A stretch of DNA of 64,000 bases from an uncultured cyanobacterium (GTDB taxonomy: Bacteria > Cyanobacteriota > Cyanobacteriia > PCC-9006 > JAAUQQ01). Shown piece by piece: positions 41,402 to 51,425 of the stretch. Position numbers and translations under genes: made by a program. A model generated the notes under the pieces. The model was not told the DNA's origin. It saw only the letters and a program-made list of their open reading frames with translations, and did no database searches. The stretch covers positions 4,160,001 through 4,224,000 of the forward strand of contig OY970368.1 of NCBI GenBank assembly GCA_963718615.1. Reading direction: 5' to 3'. The stretch's first letter is position 1. Every line of letters starts with the position of its first letter.

Positions 41402-43399
41402 ATGAATATTTTGTTTGTCCTTTACCATGACTTTTCATCCAACAGTGCCGTTCATGTCCATCACTTTGCCAATGGATTGATTGAACTAGGCTGCGATTGT
41501 ATTGTTGCGGTACCGAATCGGGCGGATACCATTTCGATTTTAGTAGAGCCTCATTATCAAACTCTTGAGTTTGACCAAGTTGCCCAAATATCTACTAAAT
41601 TTAGCAATGGTCAAGGTCCCGATATAGTTCATTGCTGGACGCCTCGAGAGATTGTTCGCCAGTTTTGTGATTCTCTTCGTCAGCTATTTACCTTTGAACT
41701 GGTGATTCATCTCGAAGACAATGAAGAACATGTCACAGAAAAGTTTATGGGGCAGCCGTTCCAGCAACTGCAAGTCCAGCAAGAGTATTTACAGGTTCCT
41801 CCTGCTCTATCACACCCGGTTTACTATCGAAAATTCTTAGAAAGTGCAACTGGTATAACGGTCATTATTGATCAACTTAAAGATTTTATCCCACCAGCTA
41901 TCCCCAGCCTTGTTCTTTGGCCTGGTGCTGACCATACTCTCTTCTATCCTCAGACTGCCGATGCAGCGCTGTTGAAAAAATTCAAAATAGAACCCAATGA
42001 TTGGGTGATTTGCTATACCGGAAATGTTCATCCGGTCAATGCTCAAGAGGTACGAAGTCTCTATATTGCTATTGGATTGTTAAATCGTGAAGGATATCCC
42101 ACAAAACTGATTCGTACAGGCAGAGACTTTGTTGATTTTTTAGAAGGTGGTAAAGAATGGACTGCTCCTTATTGCATTGAACTTGGATATGTCGACCGCC
42201 CTGAGCTTCCCAAAATTTTGAGTTTGGCCCATACTTTAGTACAACCTGGCAAAGTGAATGCGTTCAACCAGTATCGCTTCCCTTCAAAAGTTCCTGAGTT
42301 TTTAGCCATGGGGAAACCCGTCATCTTGCCCGACACCAATATTGGCAAGGATTTAAAACACCTATCTGAAGCCGTTATTCTACCTATCGTTGATGCAATT
42401 CACATTGTTGAGTCGATTCAGTTACTCCGATCCAAGCCTGAATTAGTCAACAAAATTGGGCAAGGAGCTGCGGCTTTTGCACAGAGTAAACTAGTCTGGA
42501 GTATACAAAGTCAGATGCTTAAAGATTTTTATGGCTCTCTGTCTGAACGTTTGCGTCAGTCTGCCAAAAAAATTAAAAATGAGGTGATCATGAAACCTGT
42601 TCATTTGCTCAATGAAACGACTAAAGTCCAGCTAATCGAACGCTATGAGAATTGCGATCGCTATAAACGATCTCTCGATTATGCGACTGTTCGTGACTTT
42701 TGTGACAGCGTCGATCACCTTCCTCAAGTCTGTTTTCTGAATGGCGATCTCAAAAATGTTCAACGAGCCTGGACTGTCAAAGCCATTCTCAGTAACGTTC
42801 CCATTGGCAGCAGGCTTCTGGAGATTGGTGGGGGTGTTCCTCTAGTTGCAGGGTTACTCTCAGAACTAGGCTATGATGTTACTCTCATCGATCCCTATGA
42901 AGGATCAGGCAACGGACCAACGAGTGAGTATCAGCAGTATGTTACTCAATTTCCCCATGTTAAAATCGTCAAGGATCTCTTTGGTTCTCATATTGACTAC
43001 TTTGAGCATAAATCCTTTGATGCAGTTTACTCAATCTCCGTGATTGAGCACATTCCCTTGGCTGGAATTTCTGACGTTTTCGAGGCTATTTTGACCTTTG
43101 TGAAGCCGGGGGGGGCATCTATTCACTGCATTGATGACGTTGTTCAAGGCAATGGAACAGAAGGCCATGCAGAAATGGTCAAACATGTTTTACTTAACCA
43201 AAAACGTCTTGCCAAACCAGCATACGCTGATGAGCAGATTGAATCTGATTTTTCTAACTTAATGCAAGCACTTTTTGAAGATCTAGAAACATTTTATCTG
43301 TCTCCCCTCGGCCATAATCTTTGGCGAGGTCAAATGAGCTACGATGAGTTTCCATTCCGAAAAGTTGTTTCGATCCAAACCTGCGAATTTTTACCCTAG
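41402..43399 (+). CDS. GT4-like glycosyltransferase fused to a C-terminal SAM methyltransferase
   Basis: FPSKVPEFLAMGKPVI (GT-B); LLEIGGG, FDAVYSISVIEH, VKPGG. Confidence 0.82.
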   Translation: MNILFVLYHDFSSNSAVHVHHFANGLIELGCDCIVAVPNRADTISILVEPHYQTLEFDQVAQISTKFSNGQGPDIVHCWTPREIVRQFCDSLRQLFTFELVIHLEDNEEHVTEKFMGQPFQQLQVQQEYLQVPPALSHPVYYRKFLESATGITVIIDQLKDFIPPAIPSLVLWPGADHTLFYPQTADAALLKKFKIEPNDWVICYTGNVHPVNAQEVRSLYIAIGLLNREGYPTKLIRTGRDFVDFLEGGKEWTAPYCIELGYVDRPELPKILSLAHTLVQPGKVNAFNQYRFPSKVPEFLAMGKPVILPDTNIGKDLKHLSEAVILPIVDAIHIVESIQLLRSKPELVNKIGQGAAAFAQSKLVWSIQSQMLKDFYGSLSERLRQSAKKIKNEVIMKPVHLLNETTKVQLIERYENCDRYKRSLDYATVRDFCDSVDHLPQVCFLNGDLKNVQRAWTVKAILSNVPIGSRLLEIGGGVPLVAGLLSELGYDVTLIDPYEGSGNGPTSEYQQYVTQFPHVKIVKDLFGSHIDYFEHKSFDAVYSISVIEHIPLAGISDVFEAILTFVKPGGASIHCIDDVVQGNGTEGHAEMVKHVLLNQKRLAKPAYADEQIESDFSNLMQALFEDLETFYLSPLGHNLWRGQMSYDEFPFRKVVSIQTCEFLP

Positions 43400-43402
43400 C
43401 TG

Positions 43403-44347
43403 ATGCGCTCAATGAGCCATATCCTGACCAATCCTTTAGTTAGTGTTTGTGTACCCACGCACAATGGCGCTCGATACCTAATCCAAGCTTTAGAAAGTAT
43501 CGAGCGTCAGACATACAATAACTTAGAAATTATTATTTCAGACGATGGCTCTTCTGATGAAACGGTTGAAATAATCCAACAATTTAATGAATCTCGCCTG
43601 CGTCTATTTTTGCATGATCGCTTAGGAATAGCCTCAAACTGGAATTTCTGCATTCGCCAGTCTAGAGGTAAATATATCAAGTTTTTATTCCAAGACGATT
43701 TGCTTCACAAAACCTGCATCGAAATGATGGTAAGAGCTGCCGAACAAAATCCCACTGCTGGCCTCATTTTCAGCAAAAGAGTGGTACTGGCTGAAGAAAA
43801 CTTATCCTATGTTAAAAGTCTTAATAATCTTCATTTAGCATGGACTTATTTAGAAGATAAACAATCTGGAACAGCTTTGCTAGAAGACAGACTTCTTTGT
43901 CAAGTACCTTACAACAAAATTGGAGAACCGACCAATCTACTTATTCCAGCAGATGTGTTTAAGAAAATAGGAGGATTTGATCAATCATTTCAACAGTTTG
44001 TCGATCTGGAAATGTGGTTTCGAATTATGATGTCCTATGACGTTGTGTTTATCGATAACTTTTTGTCATCCTTTCGCGTTCATTCGTCTCAGGCTACTTC
44101 TGTACACAATCAATCTAAAGATGAGAGCTGGGCTGAAATCTATCGTCTGTGGATAAAGATGCTTTTTCATCAAGACTTTCACCGATTACCTCATACCATT
44201 CATCGCCGACTGCGTCAGGCTCTGTTGTTGAATCTGCTGAAAGAAAGCTTGAAGATGACACTAAAGCAAGAGATGTGGAAAACACGGACTGTGTTCCGGC
44301 TCATTTTACAGCTACTTAGAGAAAATACTGAAGGATACGCTGATTAA
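43403..44347 (+). CDS. GT2 glycosyltransferase
   Basis: LVSVCVPTHN, DDGSSD, NWN, KFLFQDD, IGEPT, DLEMW. Confidence 0.9.
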   Translation: MRSMSHILTNPLVSVCVPTHNGARYLIQALESIERQTYNNLEIIISDDGSSDETVEIIQQFNESRLRLFLHDRLGIASNWNFCIRQSRGKYIKFLFQDDLLHKTCIEMMVRAAEQNPTAGLIFSKRVVLAEENLSYVKSLNNLHLAWTYLEDKQSGTALLEDRLLCQVPYNKIGEPTNLLIPADVFKKIGGFDQSFQQFVDLEMWFRIMMSYDVVFIDNFLSSFRVHSSQATSVHNQSKDESWAEIYRLWIKMLFHQDFHRLPHTIHRRLRQALLLNLLKESLKMTLKQEMWKTRTVFRLILQLLRENTEGYAD

Positions 44348-44593
44348 AGGACAATTTCAGAAAAAGCATTATGGTGCATCAGTGACAATACCTATAACTC
44401 ATTTTCACTTCTCTACTTAATCAAAAATTAATGTGTAAAAAAAAAACTGATGAATGCTTTGCAGATTCTGATGGGTACCCTATATAGTACGTATTCGTAG
44501 GGTAGAGTTTTGTGTCCAAGTTGAGTTTAGATATTCTTTCCTTCTGATTAAAATTCTCGATTGAGTATTTAAGGCGGAGAAACAACGCTATTT

Positions 44594-45505
44594 ATGACTA
44601 TTAATCTTTTCGATGCTCAGTATTACGCTGCTGCGAACCCAGATTTACTTGCTGCGGGCCTGACGACAGAGGTGCAGCTTACCAATCATTTTAATAATTT
44701 TGGTCTTGCAGAGGGTAGAAAATTCTCTCCGCTAGCAGATTTGAGCTATTATAGACAGCTCAATTCTGATCTAGCCGCAGCGGGACTAGTTAGTAATTCG
44801 CAAGTCTATAACCATCTGACGAATTTCGGTGTTGCAGAAGGTCGCACATTTTCCCCATTTGTGGACGTCAGTTTCTACTTGTCTGCCAATGGAGATGTGG
44901 CCCAAGCATTTAATAACAATCGCGAGTTAGCCCTTCAGCATTTGGATGACTTTGGTTTCGCAGAGGACCGCCTCTTCTCTCCCATTGCAGATGTTGATCT
45001 CTATCTATCCGCTAATGGGGATGTAGCCCAGGCCGTTAATAACGATCGAGAGCTGGCGTTTGAGCATTTAACGCTGTACGGATTGGGTGAAGGTAGAAAG
45101 TTCTCCTTGGAATATGATGTTAACGAGTACAAGATTTATAATCCTGATCTTTTCAATGCAGGAATAGACACCAATCAAGAGTTGTTTAACCATTTCTCTC
45201 TTTATGGCCTTGAGGAAGGTCGCACAAGTTCTTCCGTCTTCAATCCTAATTTCTATAGTTCTAATAACTCAGATCTCGTCAGTGCTGGGTTGACTCTCAA
45301 TTCCCAGCTTTTGCGTCATTTCCAGGCCTTTGGACTTTCTGAGGGGCGGCAAGCATCGAGTACTTTTGACGTAAATGTATATCGTCAAAATAATCCAGAT
45401 CTGGCACTAGCTGGAATTTCAACAAATCGTAAGGCTGCAATACATTATGTAGCCTTTGGTATCAATGAGGGACGAGTTGCGATCGCACCGACAGGTCCTT
45501 CATAG
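44594..45505 (+). CDS. Protein built of ~7 tandem ~40-aa repeats, function unknown
   Basis: Repeat consensus (F)D..(Y/F)Y...N.D(L/V)..A........H...(F/Y)G..EGR. Confidence 0.85.
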   Translation: MTINLFDAQYYAAANPDLLAAGLTTEVQLTNHFNNFGLAEGRKFSPLADLSYYRQLNSDLAAAGLVSNSQVYNHLTNFGVAEGRTFSPFVDVSFYLSANGDVAQAFNNNRELALQHLDDFGFAEDRLFSPIADVDLYLSANGDVAQAVNNDRELAFEHLTLYGLGEGRKFSLEYDVNEYKIYNPDLFNAGIDTNQELFNHFSLYGLEEGRTSSSVFNPNFYSSNNSDLVSAGLTLNSQLLRHFQAFGLSEGRQASSTFDVNVYRQNNPDLALAGISTNRKAAIHYVAFGINEGRVAIAPTGPS

Positions 45506-45539
45506 ATTCAATTGTCTTAGGGTTTTTGAGGGCAGTTTC

Positions 45540-46622
45540 TCATGGGAGCTGCCCAATTCGTCTCTGATGCCATTGCCAAGCATCCTGAATGATGGTCTCT
45601 AGAGCTGAGTGGGTTGGAGTCCAATCGAGAATTTTTCTGGCTTTTTCTGCACTACCAATCAAAACAGGAGGATCACCGGGACGGCGATCCTCTTTTTTCA
45701 TGGGAATTTCTCGATTCGTAATCTTACAAGCAACATCAATCACCTGCTGGACCGAAAAGCCATTGCCGTTGCCGAGGTTGAAGCGATCGCTCTCCCCCCC
45801 CGCCAGCAAATATTCCAATCCCCGAACATGAGCATCGGCTAAATCTGTAACATGGATATAGTCACGGATACAGGTCCCGTCGGGGGTGGGATAGTCAGTA
45901 CCAAAAATGGAAATGTAGGGACGCAGACCTAAGGCCGTTTGGAGGGTGAGGGGAATGAGATGGGTTTCGGGCTCATGGTCTTCGCCCAGTTGACCATCGG
46001 GGTCAGCTCCAGCAGCGTTGAAGTAGCGGAAGATGACGGATTTTAGACCATAGGCTTTGTCATAGTCCTGCAAGATCCGCTCGACCATCAGCTTCGTTGC
46101 CCCATAGGGATTAATCGGGTTTTGGGGATGATCTTCGGTAATGGGAACCTCATGGGGGACGCCATAGGTGGCACAGGTGGAGGAGAAGACGATGTGATTG
46201 ACCCCCGCTGAGACCATGGCGTTTAAGAGGCTGAGGGTGCCGACAACGTTGTTTTGGTAGTACTTCGCTGGATTAGTGACGGATTCACCCACATAGGCGT
46301 AGGCGGCAAAGTGGAGAACGGCGGCGATCGCCTGCTCCGAGAACAGCCGTTCCAACAAAGCCCGGTCTTCGAGCTCACCCACAATCAACCTGGCTTTAAA
46401 ATTCCGCTCGACAATCTCCCGATGGCCGTAGACAAGATTGTCGAGAATAATCACGGTGTAACCGGCTCGCTCCAGTTGTTTGACCGCATGGGAGCCAATA
46501 TAGCCTGCACCTCCAGTGACGAGGATGGTTTTGGGCGATCGCCCCTGCAAATCAAGTTCAACATCGGAAGAGAAAGTCATAGCCTCAGCAAGCAAGGGTT
46601 TAGAGAGGGGGTACGAATCCAT
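45540..46622 (-). CDS. galE: UDP-glucose 4-epimerase
   Basis: LVTGGAGYIGSH, HFAA.AYVGES, FSSTCATYG, YGATK, RYFNAAGA, DGTCIRDYIHV. Confidence 0.95.
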   Translation of the reverse strand: MDSYPLSKPLLAEAMTFSSDVELDLQGRSPKTILVTGGAGYIGSHAVKQLERAGYTVIILDNLVYGHREIVERNFKARLIVGELEDRALLERLFSEQAIAAVLHFAAYAYVGESVTNPAKYYQNNVVGTLSLLNAMVSAGVNHIVFSSTCATYGVPHEVPITEDHPQNPINPYGATKLMVERILQDYDKAYGLKSVIFRYFNAAGADPDGQLGEDHEPETHLIPLTLQTALGLRPYISIFGTDYPTPDGTCIRDYIHVTDLADAHVRGLEYLLAGGESDRFNLGNGNGFSVQQVIDVACKITNREIPMKKEDRRPGDPPVLIGSAEKARKILDWTPTHSALETIIQDAWQWHQRRIGQLP

Positions 46623-46691
46623 ATTCGCCTACAATTATGGTCTAGCAGTAACAAAACTGCACAGTAGCGCAAGTACGGGAGAGGAAATCGC

Positions 46692-47240
46692 TTGAAACAG
46701 TGTTCTGCCACGCAACTTGCAGGGGTGTATTTGCTAGAACCCAAGTATTTTGATGATGAGCGGGGCGGATTCTTTGAATCCTTTAATCAGCGGGCCTTTG
46801 AGACTGAGCTTGGCCTAGACCTTCAGTTTGTTCAGGATAATCACTCGATTTCCCAAAAAAATGTGTTGCGGGGGCTGCATTATCAGGTGGGTCAGCCCCA
46901 GGGAAAGTTGGTGCGGGCGATCGCAGGCCGGATTTTCGACGTCGCTGTAGATCTACGCCAATCTTCCCCCACCTTAGGTCAATGGGTGGGCTATGAGCTG
47001 AGCGCCGAAAACCGCCATCAGCTCTGGATCCCGGTAGGATTTGCCCATGGATTCGTAGCGTTATCTGAACGGGTGGAAGTCTTGTACAAGGCGACGGATT
47101 ATTATTATCCTGAGGGCGATCGCTCCATTCGCTGGGATGACCCGGATTTGGCGATTGTCTGGCCCCTCCAAACCCAGCCGATCCTGTCTGCAAAAGATGC
47201 CGCAGCCGTTCCCTTTGCCCAAGCTGACTTATTTCCCTAG
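46692..47240 (+). CDS. rfbC: dTDP-4-dehydrorhamnose 3,5-epimerase
   Basis: DERG.F.E, QDNHS, RGLHYQ, DVAVDLR, GFAHGF, LS.KD; TTG start. Confidence 0.95.
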   Translation: MKQCSATQLAGVYLLEPKYFDDERGGFFESFNQRAFETELGLDLQFVQDNHSISQKNVLRGLHYQVGQPQGKLVRAIAGRIFDVAVDLRQSSPTLGQWVGYELSAENRHQLWIPVGFAHGFVALSERVEVLYKATDYYYPEGDRSIRWDDPDLAIVWPLQTQPILSAKDAAAVPFAQADLFP

Positions 47241-47366
47241 CTGACTTTCTTGTGTAGGCATTGGGCTGAGATTAGGGCCGTTTATCTCTGATTTCTGTGC
47301 TCTCTTGCACCCTTACAAAGGCGAGCACTCCTCTATACTGAACCCTAGACTTAAGTTCCGGGAGGT

Positions 47367-48284
47367 GTGATGCAATCGATTCTGCTGATCGGAAGCCAGG
47401 GACAGGTCGGTCGAGAACTTCAGTCCACCCTTTTACCCTATGGCACAGTCATTGAAGCCGCTCGCAATGAGGTGGATCTGACGGACTTGGCGGCGGTGCG
47501 ATCGCTCATCCGTCGCATCCAACCCACAGTTGTGGTCAATGCCGCTGCCTACACCGCTGTGGATCGAGCCGAGCAGGAACCGGAACTCGCAGCCTTGCTC
47601 AATGCTCAAGTGCCCCAGGTCCTAGCCCAGGAATGTGAGCGCTTGGGCGCGGCGTTGCTGCATATTTCCACGGACTATGTCTTTGATGGACAGGGCTATC
47701 GACCCTATCGAGAAGACGATCTCACCCATCCCCTTAGCATTTATGGCCAGACCAAACGGGCGGGGGAACAGGCCATTCAGGAAACGAAGATTCGCCACGG
47801 CATTCTGCGCACAGCCTGGGTTTACGGAGCCTATGGTAAAGGCAATTTTGTTAAAACCATGCTGCGGCTAGGGGCAGAACGGGAAGAGCTGGGCGTGGTT
47901 GCAGACCAAATTGGGTCACCGACCTGGGCGGGAGACATTGCCCAGGCCCTGGGCGCGCTCTTGCCTAAAATCCTGGCAAAGCCTGAATATTCGGGTATTT
48001 ATCACTACACTGATAGCGGCGTAGCGAGCTGGTATGACTTGGCAATCGCCATCTTCGAAGAAGCCCGCAGCCTCGGCTATCCCCTAACCCTTCAGCGCAT
48101 TGCCCCCCTCACCAGTGAAGAATATCCAACCCCCGCTCGACGTCCGCACTACTCCGTATTAGACTGTGGCAAAATAACAGCGATACTCGGTACTCGCCCA
48201 CCCCATTGGCGACAGTCCCTGCGTTTGATGCTCCAGGAACTTTATACCCAAACCTATGAAAGGGCTGATTCTCTCCGGCGGTAA
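47367..48284 (+). CDS. rfbD: dTDP-4-dehydrorhamnose reductase
   Basis: GSQGQVG, NAAAYTAVD.AE, ISTDYVFDG, YGQTK, DQIGSPT, RP.YS.L. Confidence 0.95.
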   Translation: MMQSILLIGSQGQVGRELQSTLLPYGTVIEAARNEVDLTDLAAVRSLIRRIQPTVVVNAAAYTAVDRAEQEPELAALLNAQVPQVLAQECERLGAALLHISTDYVFDGQGYRPYREDDLTHPLSIYGQTKRAGEQAIQETKIRHGILRTAWVYGAYGKGNFVKTMLRLGAEREELGVVADQIGSPTWAGDIAQALGALLPKILAKPEYSGIYHYTDSGVASWYDLAIAIFEEARSLGYPLTLQRIAPLTSEEYPTPARRPHYSVLDCGKITAILGTRPPHWRQSLRLMLQELYTQTYERADSLRR

Positions 48285-49332
48285 AGGCACACGCTTGCGT
48301 CCGCTCACCTATACGGGGGCGAAGCAACTCGTCCCCGTGGCCAATAAGCCCATCCTTTGGTATGCCATTGAAGAGATGGCGGCAGCGGGGGTGCAGGACA
48401 TTGGCATTGTCATTAGCCCGGAGACGGGCATCGAGGTGCGCAGCCAAACGGGTAGCGGAGAACAGTTTGGGGTGCGGCTCACCTATATTCTGCAAGATGA
48501 ACCCGCAGGTTTAGCCCATGCCGTTAAGATTTCCCAAAACTTCCTGGGGGATTCACCCTTCTTGATGTTTTTGGGCGACAACTTGATTCAGCAGGGTGAC
48601 CTCAGTCATTTTCTCGACGTCTTCAAGGCCCAACAACCGGATGCCCTCATCCTGCTGCGGGAAGTCGAAAATCCCAGCGCCTTTGGGGTCGCTGAGGTCA
48701 GCGGACAGGGGCAGGTCATCCGCTTGATCGAAAAGCCAAAGGACCCGCCCTCAAATTTGGCCCTGGTGGGGGTCTACTTTTTCTCCGCTGCGATTCATGG
48801 GGCGATCGCCCAAATCCAGCCCTCCGCCCGAGGGGAGCTCGAAATTACCGATGCCATTCAATACCTCATCGACCATCAAAACTCAGTCGTCGCCCGTCAA
48901 CTGCGGGGCTGGTGGTTGGACACTGGCAAAAAAGATGATCTGCTGGAGGCCAACCGATTGGTCTTAGATACCTGTTTAATCAGTGCGATTGAAGGCCAAG
49001 TGGATCCCCAGAGTCAGGTGATCGGGCGGGTTCAACTGGGGCGATCGTCCCAGGTGCTCAACTGTACAATCCGAGGCCCGGTTGTGATTGGAGAAGGGTG
49101 TTATTTAGAAAATTGTTTTATCGGTCCGTACAGCAGTATTGCCGATGGTGTCAAGCTGATCGATGTTGATTTAGAGCACAGCGTCATTTTGCAAGGGGCT
49201 CAAATTGTCAATATCAACCAGCGAATTATGGATAGTGTCATCGGTCGCCGCTGTCGCATCATTGCCGCGCCACCGCGTCCCAAAGCCCTCCGGTTTTTAA
49301 TTGGTGATGACAGCCAAGTAGAGATGACGTGA
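48256..49332 (+). CDS. rfbA: Glucose-1-phosphate thymidylyltransferase, long form
   Basis: LSGGKGTRLRPLT...KQLVP, GLAHA, LGDN, EKP, PSARGELEITDA, W.DTG; C-terminal beta-helix. Confidence 0.9.
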   Translation: MKGLILSGGKGTRLRPLTYTGAKQLVPVANKPILWYAIEEMAAAGVQDIGIVISPETGIEVRSQTGSGEQFGVRLTYILQDEPAGLAHAVKISQNFLGDSPFLMFLGDNLIQQGDLSHFLDVFKAQQPDALILLREVENPSAFGVAEVSGQGQVIRLIEKPKDPPSNLALVGVYFFSAAIHGAIAQIQPSARGELEITDAIQYLIDHQNSVVARQLRGWWLDTGKKDDLLEANRLVLDTCLISAIEGQVDPQSQVIGRVQLGRSSQVLNCTIRGPVVIGEGCYLENCFIGPYSSIADGVKLIDVDLEHSVILQGAQIVNINQRIMDSVIGRRCRIIAAPPRPKALRFLIGDDSQVEMT

Positions 49333-50252
49333 TTTATTTCATCACTGTTAACTATCATTCCTCAACCCTAGTCACTCGGCTGATCCAATCCATGCCGCGC
49401 AATCCAGCGCGCTATCGTGTGGTCATTGTCAACAATTCGCCGGAGGATACGGGGCTTTATGAGTTGGAATCTCGCTGGGTCAAGATCATCGAGGCAGGGC
49501 ACAATCTTGGGTTTGGCTGTGCCTGCAATTTGGGGCTGCGCTGGGTCTATGAGCGGGATCCTAATGCTTTTGTCTGGATTATTAACCCCGATGCCTATCT
49601 CCTCAAGAACCCCTTAGACACCCTAGAGATCCTCTTCAGACGCTGCCCAGAGCTTTCCATTGTTGGAACCGTCGTCAAAACCTTTGATGGGGGTATCTGG
49701 TTCGCTGGAGGACAGTTTCGGGCCGAAACAGGCAGCATCCGGGTGCAAGAAACGCTGCCCCAATCCAGTCAATCCTATTGGTCCTGCGATTGGGTCTCGG
49801 GCTGTAGTCTGATCATTAATCTCAAGCACTTTTCCGACTGTCCTCAATTTAGTGCCCGGTACTTTTTGTACTACGAAGACTTTGAGTTTTGTCGCCGCTA
49901 TGCAGCGGCAGGCCATGTGGTCGCGATGACCCAGGCGATCGCGATCTTTCACGAACCCTCTTCGATTACCAATCGCAATCTTTTTCTCAAAATGCGTCAC
50001 AGCACCTTTAGCTATCTACTGACGCTGGAAGAATTCGCTTCCCCCCAAGCCTTTACCACTCGCCTCGTTCGCCTCCTGTTCCATGCGCTTTACCTCATGG
50101 CCGTCAAACCTCAGACCGCCCTAGGTAAACTTTATGGCCTCTGCCTCTATGGACAATATCGTTTGCAAACCCCCGCCCCGCCCGCCCAGGAGCAGGATTG
50201 GCTCCAGCAACCCAGCCCCAGCCTAGTCGCCCTGCCTCGATCAGAAGGTTGA
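49329..50252 (+). CDS. GT2 glycosyltransferase (rhamnosyltransferase-like)
   Basis: N.GFG.ACN.G, INPD, WVSGCS, YFLYYED. Confidence 0.85.
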   Translation: MIYFITVNYHSSTLVTRLIQSMPRNPARYRVVIVNNSPEDTGLYELESRWVKIIEAGHNLGFGCACNLGLRWVYERDPNAFVWIINPDAYLLKNPLDTLEILFRRCPELSIVGTVVKTFDGGIWFAGGQFRAETGSIRVQETLPQSSQSYWSCDWVSGCSLIINLKHFSDCPQFSARYFLYYEDFEFCRRYAAAGHVVAMTQAIAIFHEPSSITNRNLFLKMRHSTFSYLLTLEEFASPQAFTTRLVRLLFHALYLMAVKPQTALGKLYGLCLYGQYRLQTPAPPAQEQDWLQQPSPSLVALPRSEG

Positions 50253-50356
50253 CCAGAGGGTTGATTAGGGGGTTGAATTGAGCCCCTGAGATTGGGCAAC
50301 TTAGAGAAAAGACCCGCCGCTCTAGTCCCCAACCCGCCTCAAGCTTCAGATTCATC

Positions 50357-51325
50357 ATGAAAAATGCACTCATCACAGGATTGACTGGACAAGATGGTTC
50401 CTATCTTGCAGAGTTTTTACTCAATAAGGGCTACCAGGTCTATGGGCTAGTGCGTCGGTCTAGTACGTCCAGCTTGGGCCGGATCGCCCATTTTGCAGAC
50501 CAGGTTCACATCATTTCGGGGGATTTGCTAGATCAATGCTCCCTGATGGATGTGATTACAGAGACTCAGCCGGATGAGATCTATAATCTGGCCTCCCAGA
50601 GCTATGTCCCGCTCTCCTGGACCCAGCCTGCGTTGACGGCAGAATATACGGCCTTGGGAGTCTCCCGGTTGCTGGAGGCCATTCGTCGCTGTAAACCCGA
50701 CGCCCGCTTCTATCAAGCCTCCAGTAGCGAAGTCTTTGGCCAGCCCAGCGAATCTCCCCAGTCGGAAATGACCGCCTTTCGACCCCGCAACCCCTACGGC
50801 ACCGCCAAGGCCTATGCCCATTGGATGACGACCAATTATCGCGAGAAGTACAATCTCTACGCCTGCTGTGGCATTTCCTATACCCACGAGTCGCCCCGAC
50901 GGGGGGCTGAGTTTGTCTTCCGCAAGGTGACCCGCACCGCCGCCCAAATCAAACTGGGACTGGCCTCAGAATTACGACTCGGCAATCTTGAGGCTCGACG
51001 GGACTGGTGCCATGCCCAGGATGTGGTAAGCGCCATCTGGCTGATGTTGCAGCAAACTCAACCTGACGACTACATCATTGCTAGCGGTGAAACCCATTCC
51101 GTGCGCGAATTGGTGAACTGCGCCTTTGAGTACCTCAATCTGGACTGGGAAAAGTATGTAACTGTTGACCCACAGTTCTATCGACCGGATGAACCGGTTC
51201 AGCTTGTTGGTAACATTGAAAAGATTCAATCCCAGCTTCAGTGGGACCCTCGATACTCATTTCGTCAACTGGTGGAAACCATGGTTGACCACGATTTGAA
51301 GCAGTTGAGTGGAGTCCAGGATTAA
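50357..51325 (+). CDS. gmd: GDP-mannose 4,6-dehydratase
   Basis: ALITGLTGQDGSYLAE.LL, YNLASQS, YQASSSE.FG, PYGTAK, HESPRRG, LGNL.A.RDW. Confidence 0.92.
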   Translation: MKNALITGLTGQDGSYLAEFLLNKGYQVYGLVRRSSTSSLGRIAHFADQVHIISGDLLDQCSLMDVITETQPDEIYNLASQSYVPLSWTQPALTAEYTALGVSRLLEAIRRCKPDARFYQASSSEVFGQPSESPQSEMTAFRPRNPYGTAKAYAHWMTTNYREKYNLYACCGISYTHESPRRGAEFVFRKVTRTAAQIKLGLASELRLGNLEARRDWCHAQDVVSAIWLMLQQTQPDDYIIASGETHSVRELVNCAFEYLNLDWEKYVTVDPQFYRPDEPVQLVGNIEKIQSQLQWDPRYSFRQLVETMVDHDLKQLSGVQD

Positions 51326-51425
51326 CGATTTTCGTTAGGCCTTGTCCTCAATCCCAGGGTTTTCTCTGTCTAGGCTCTTTTAACCTAGAGTCCTCGCCTC
51401 CTATTCTCCGAGCTTCTTCCTTGGC

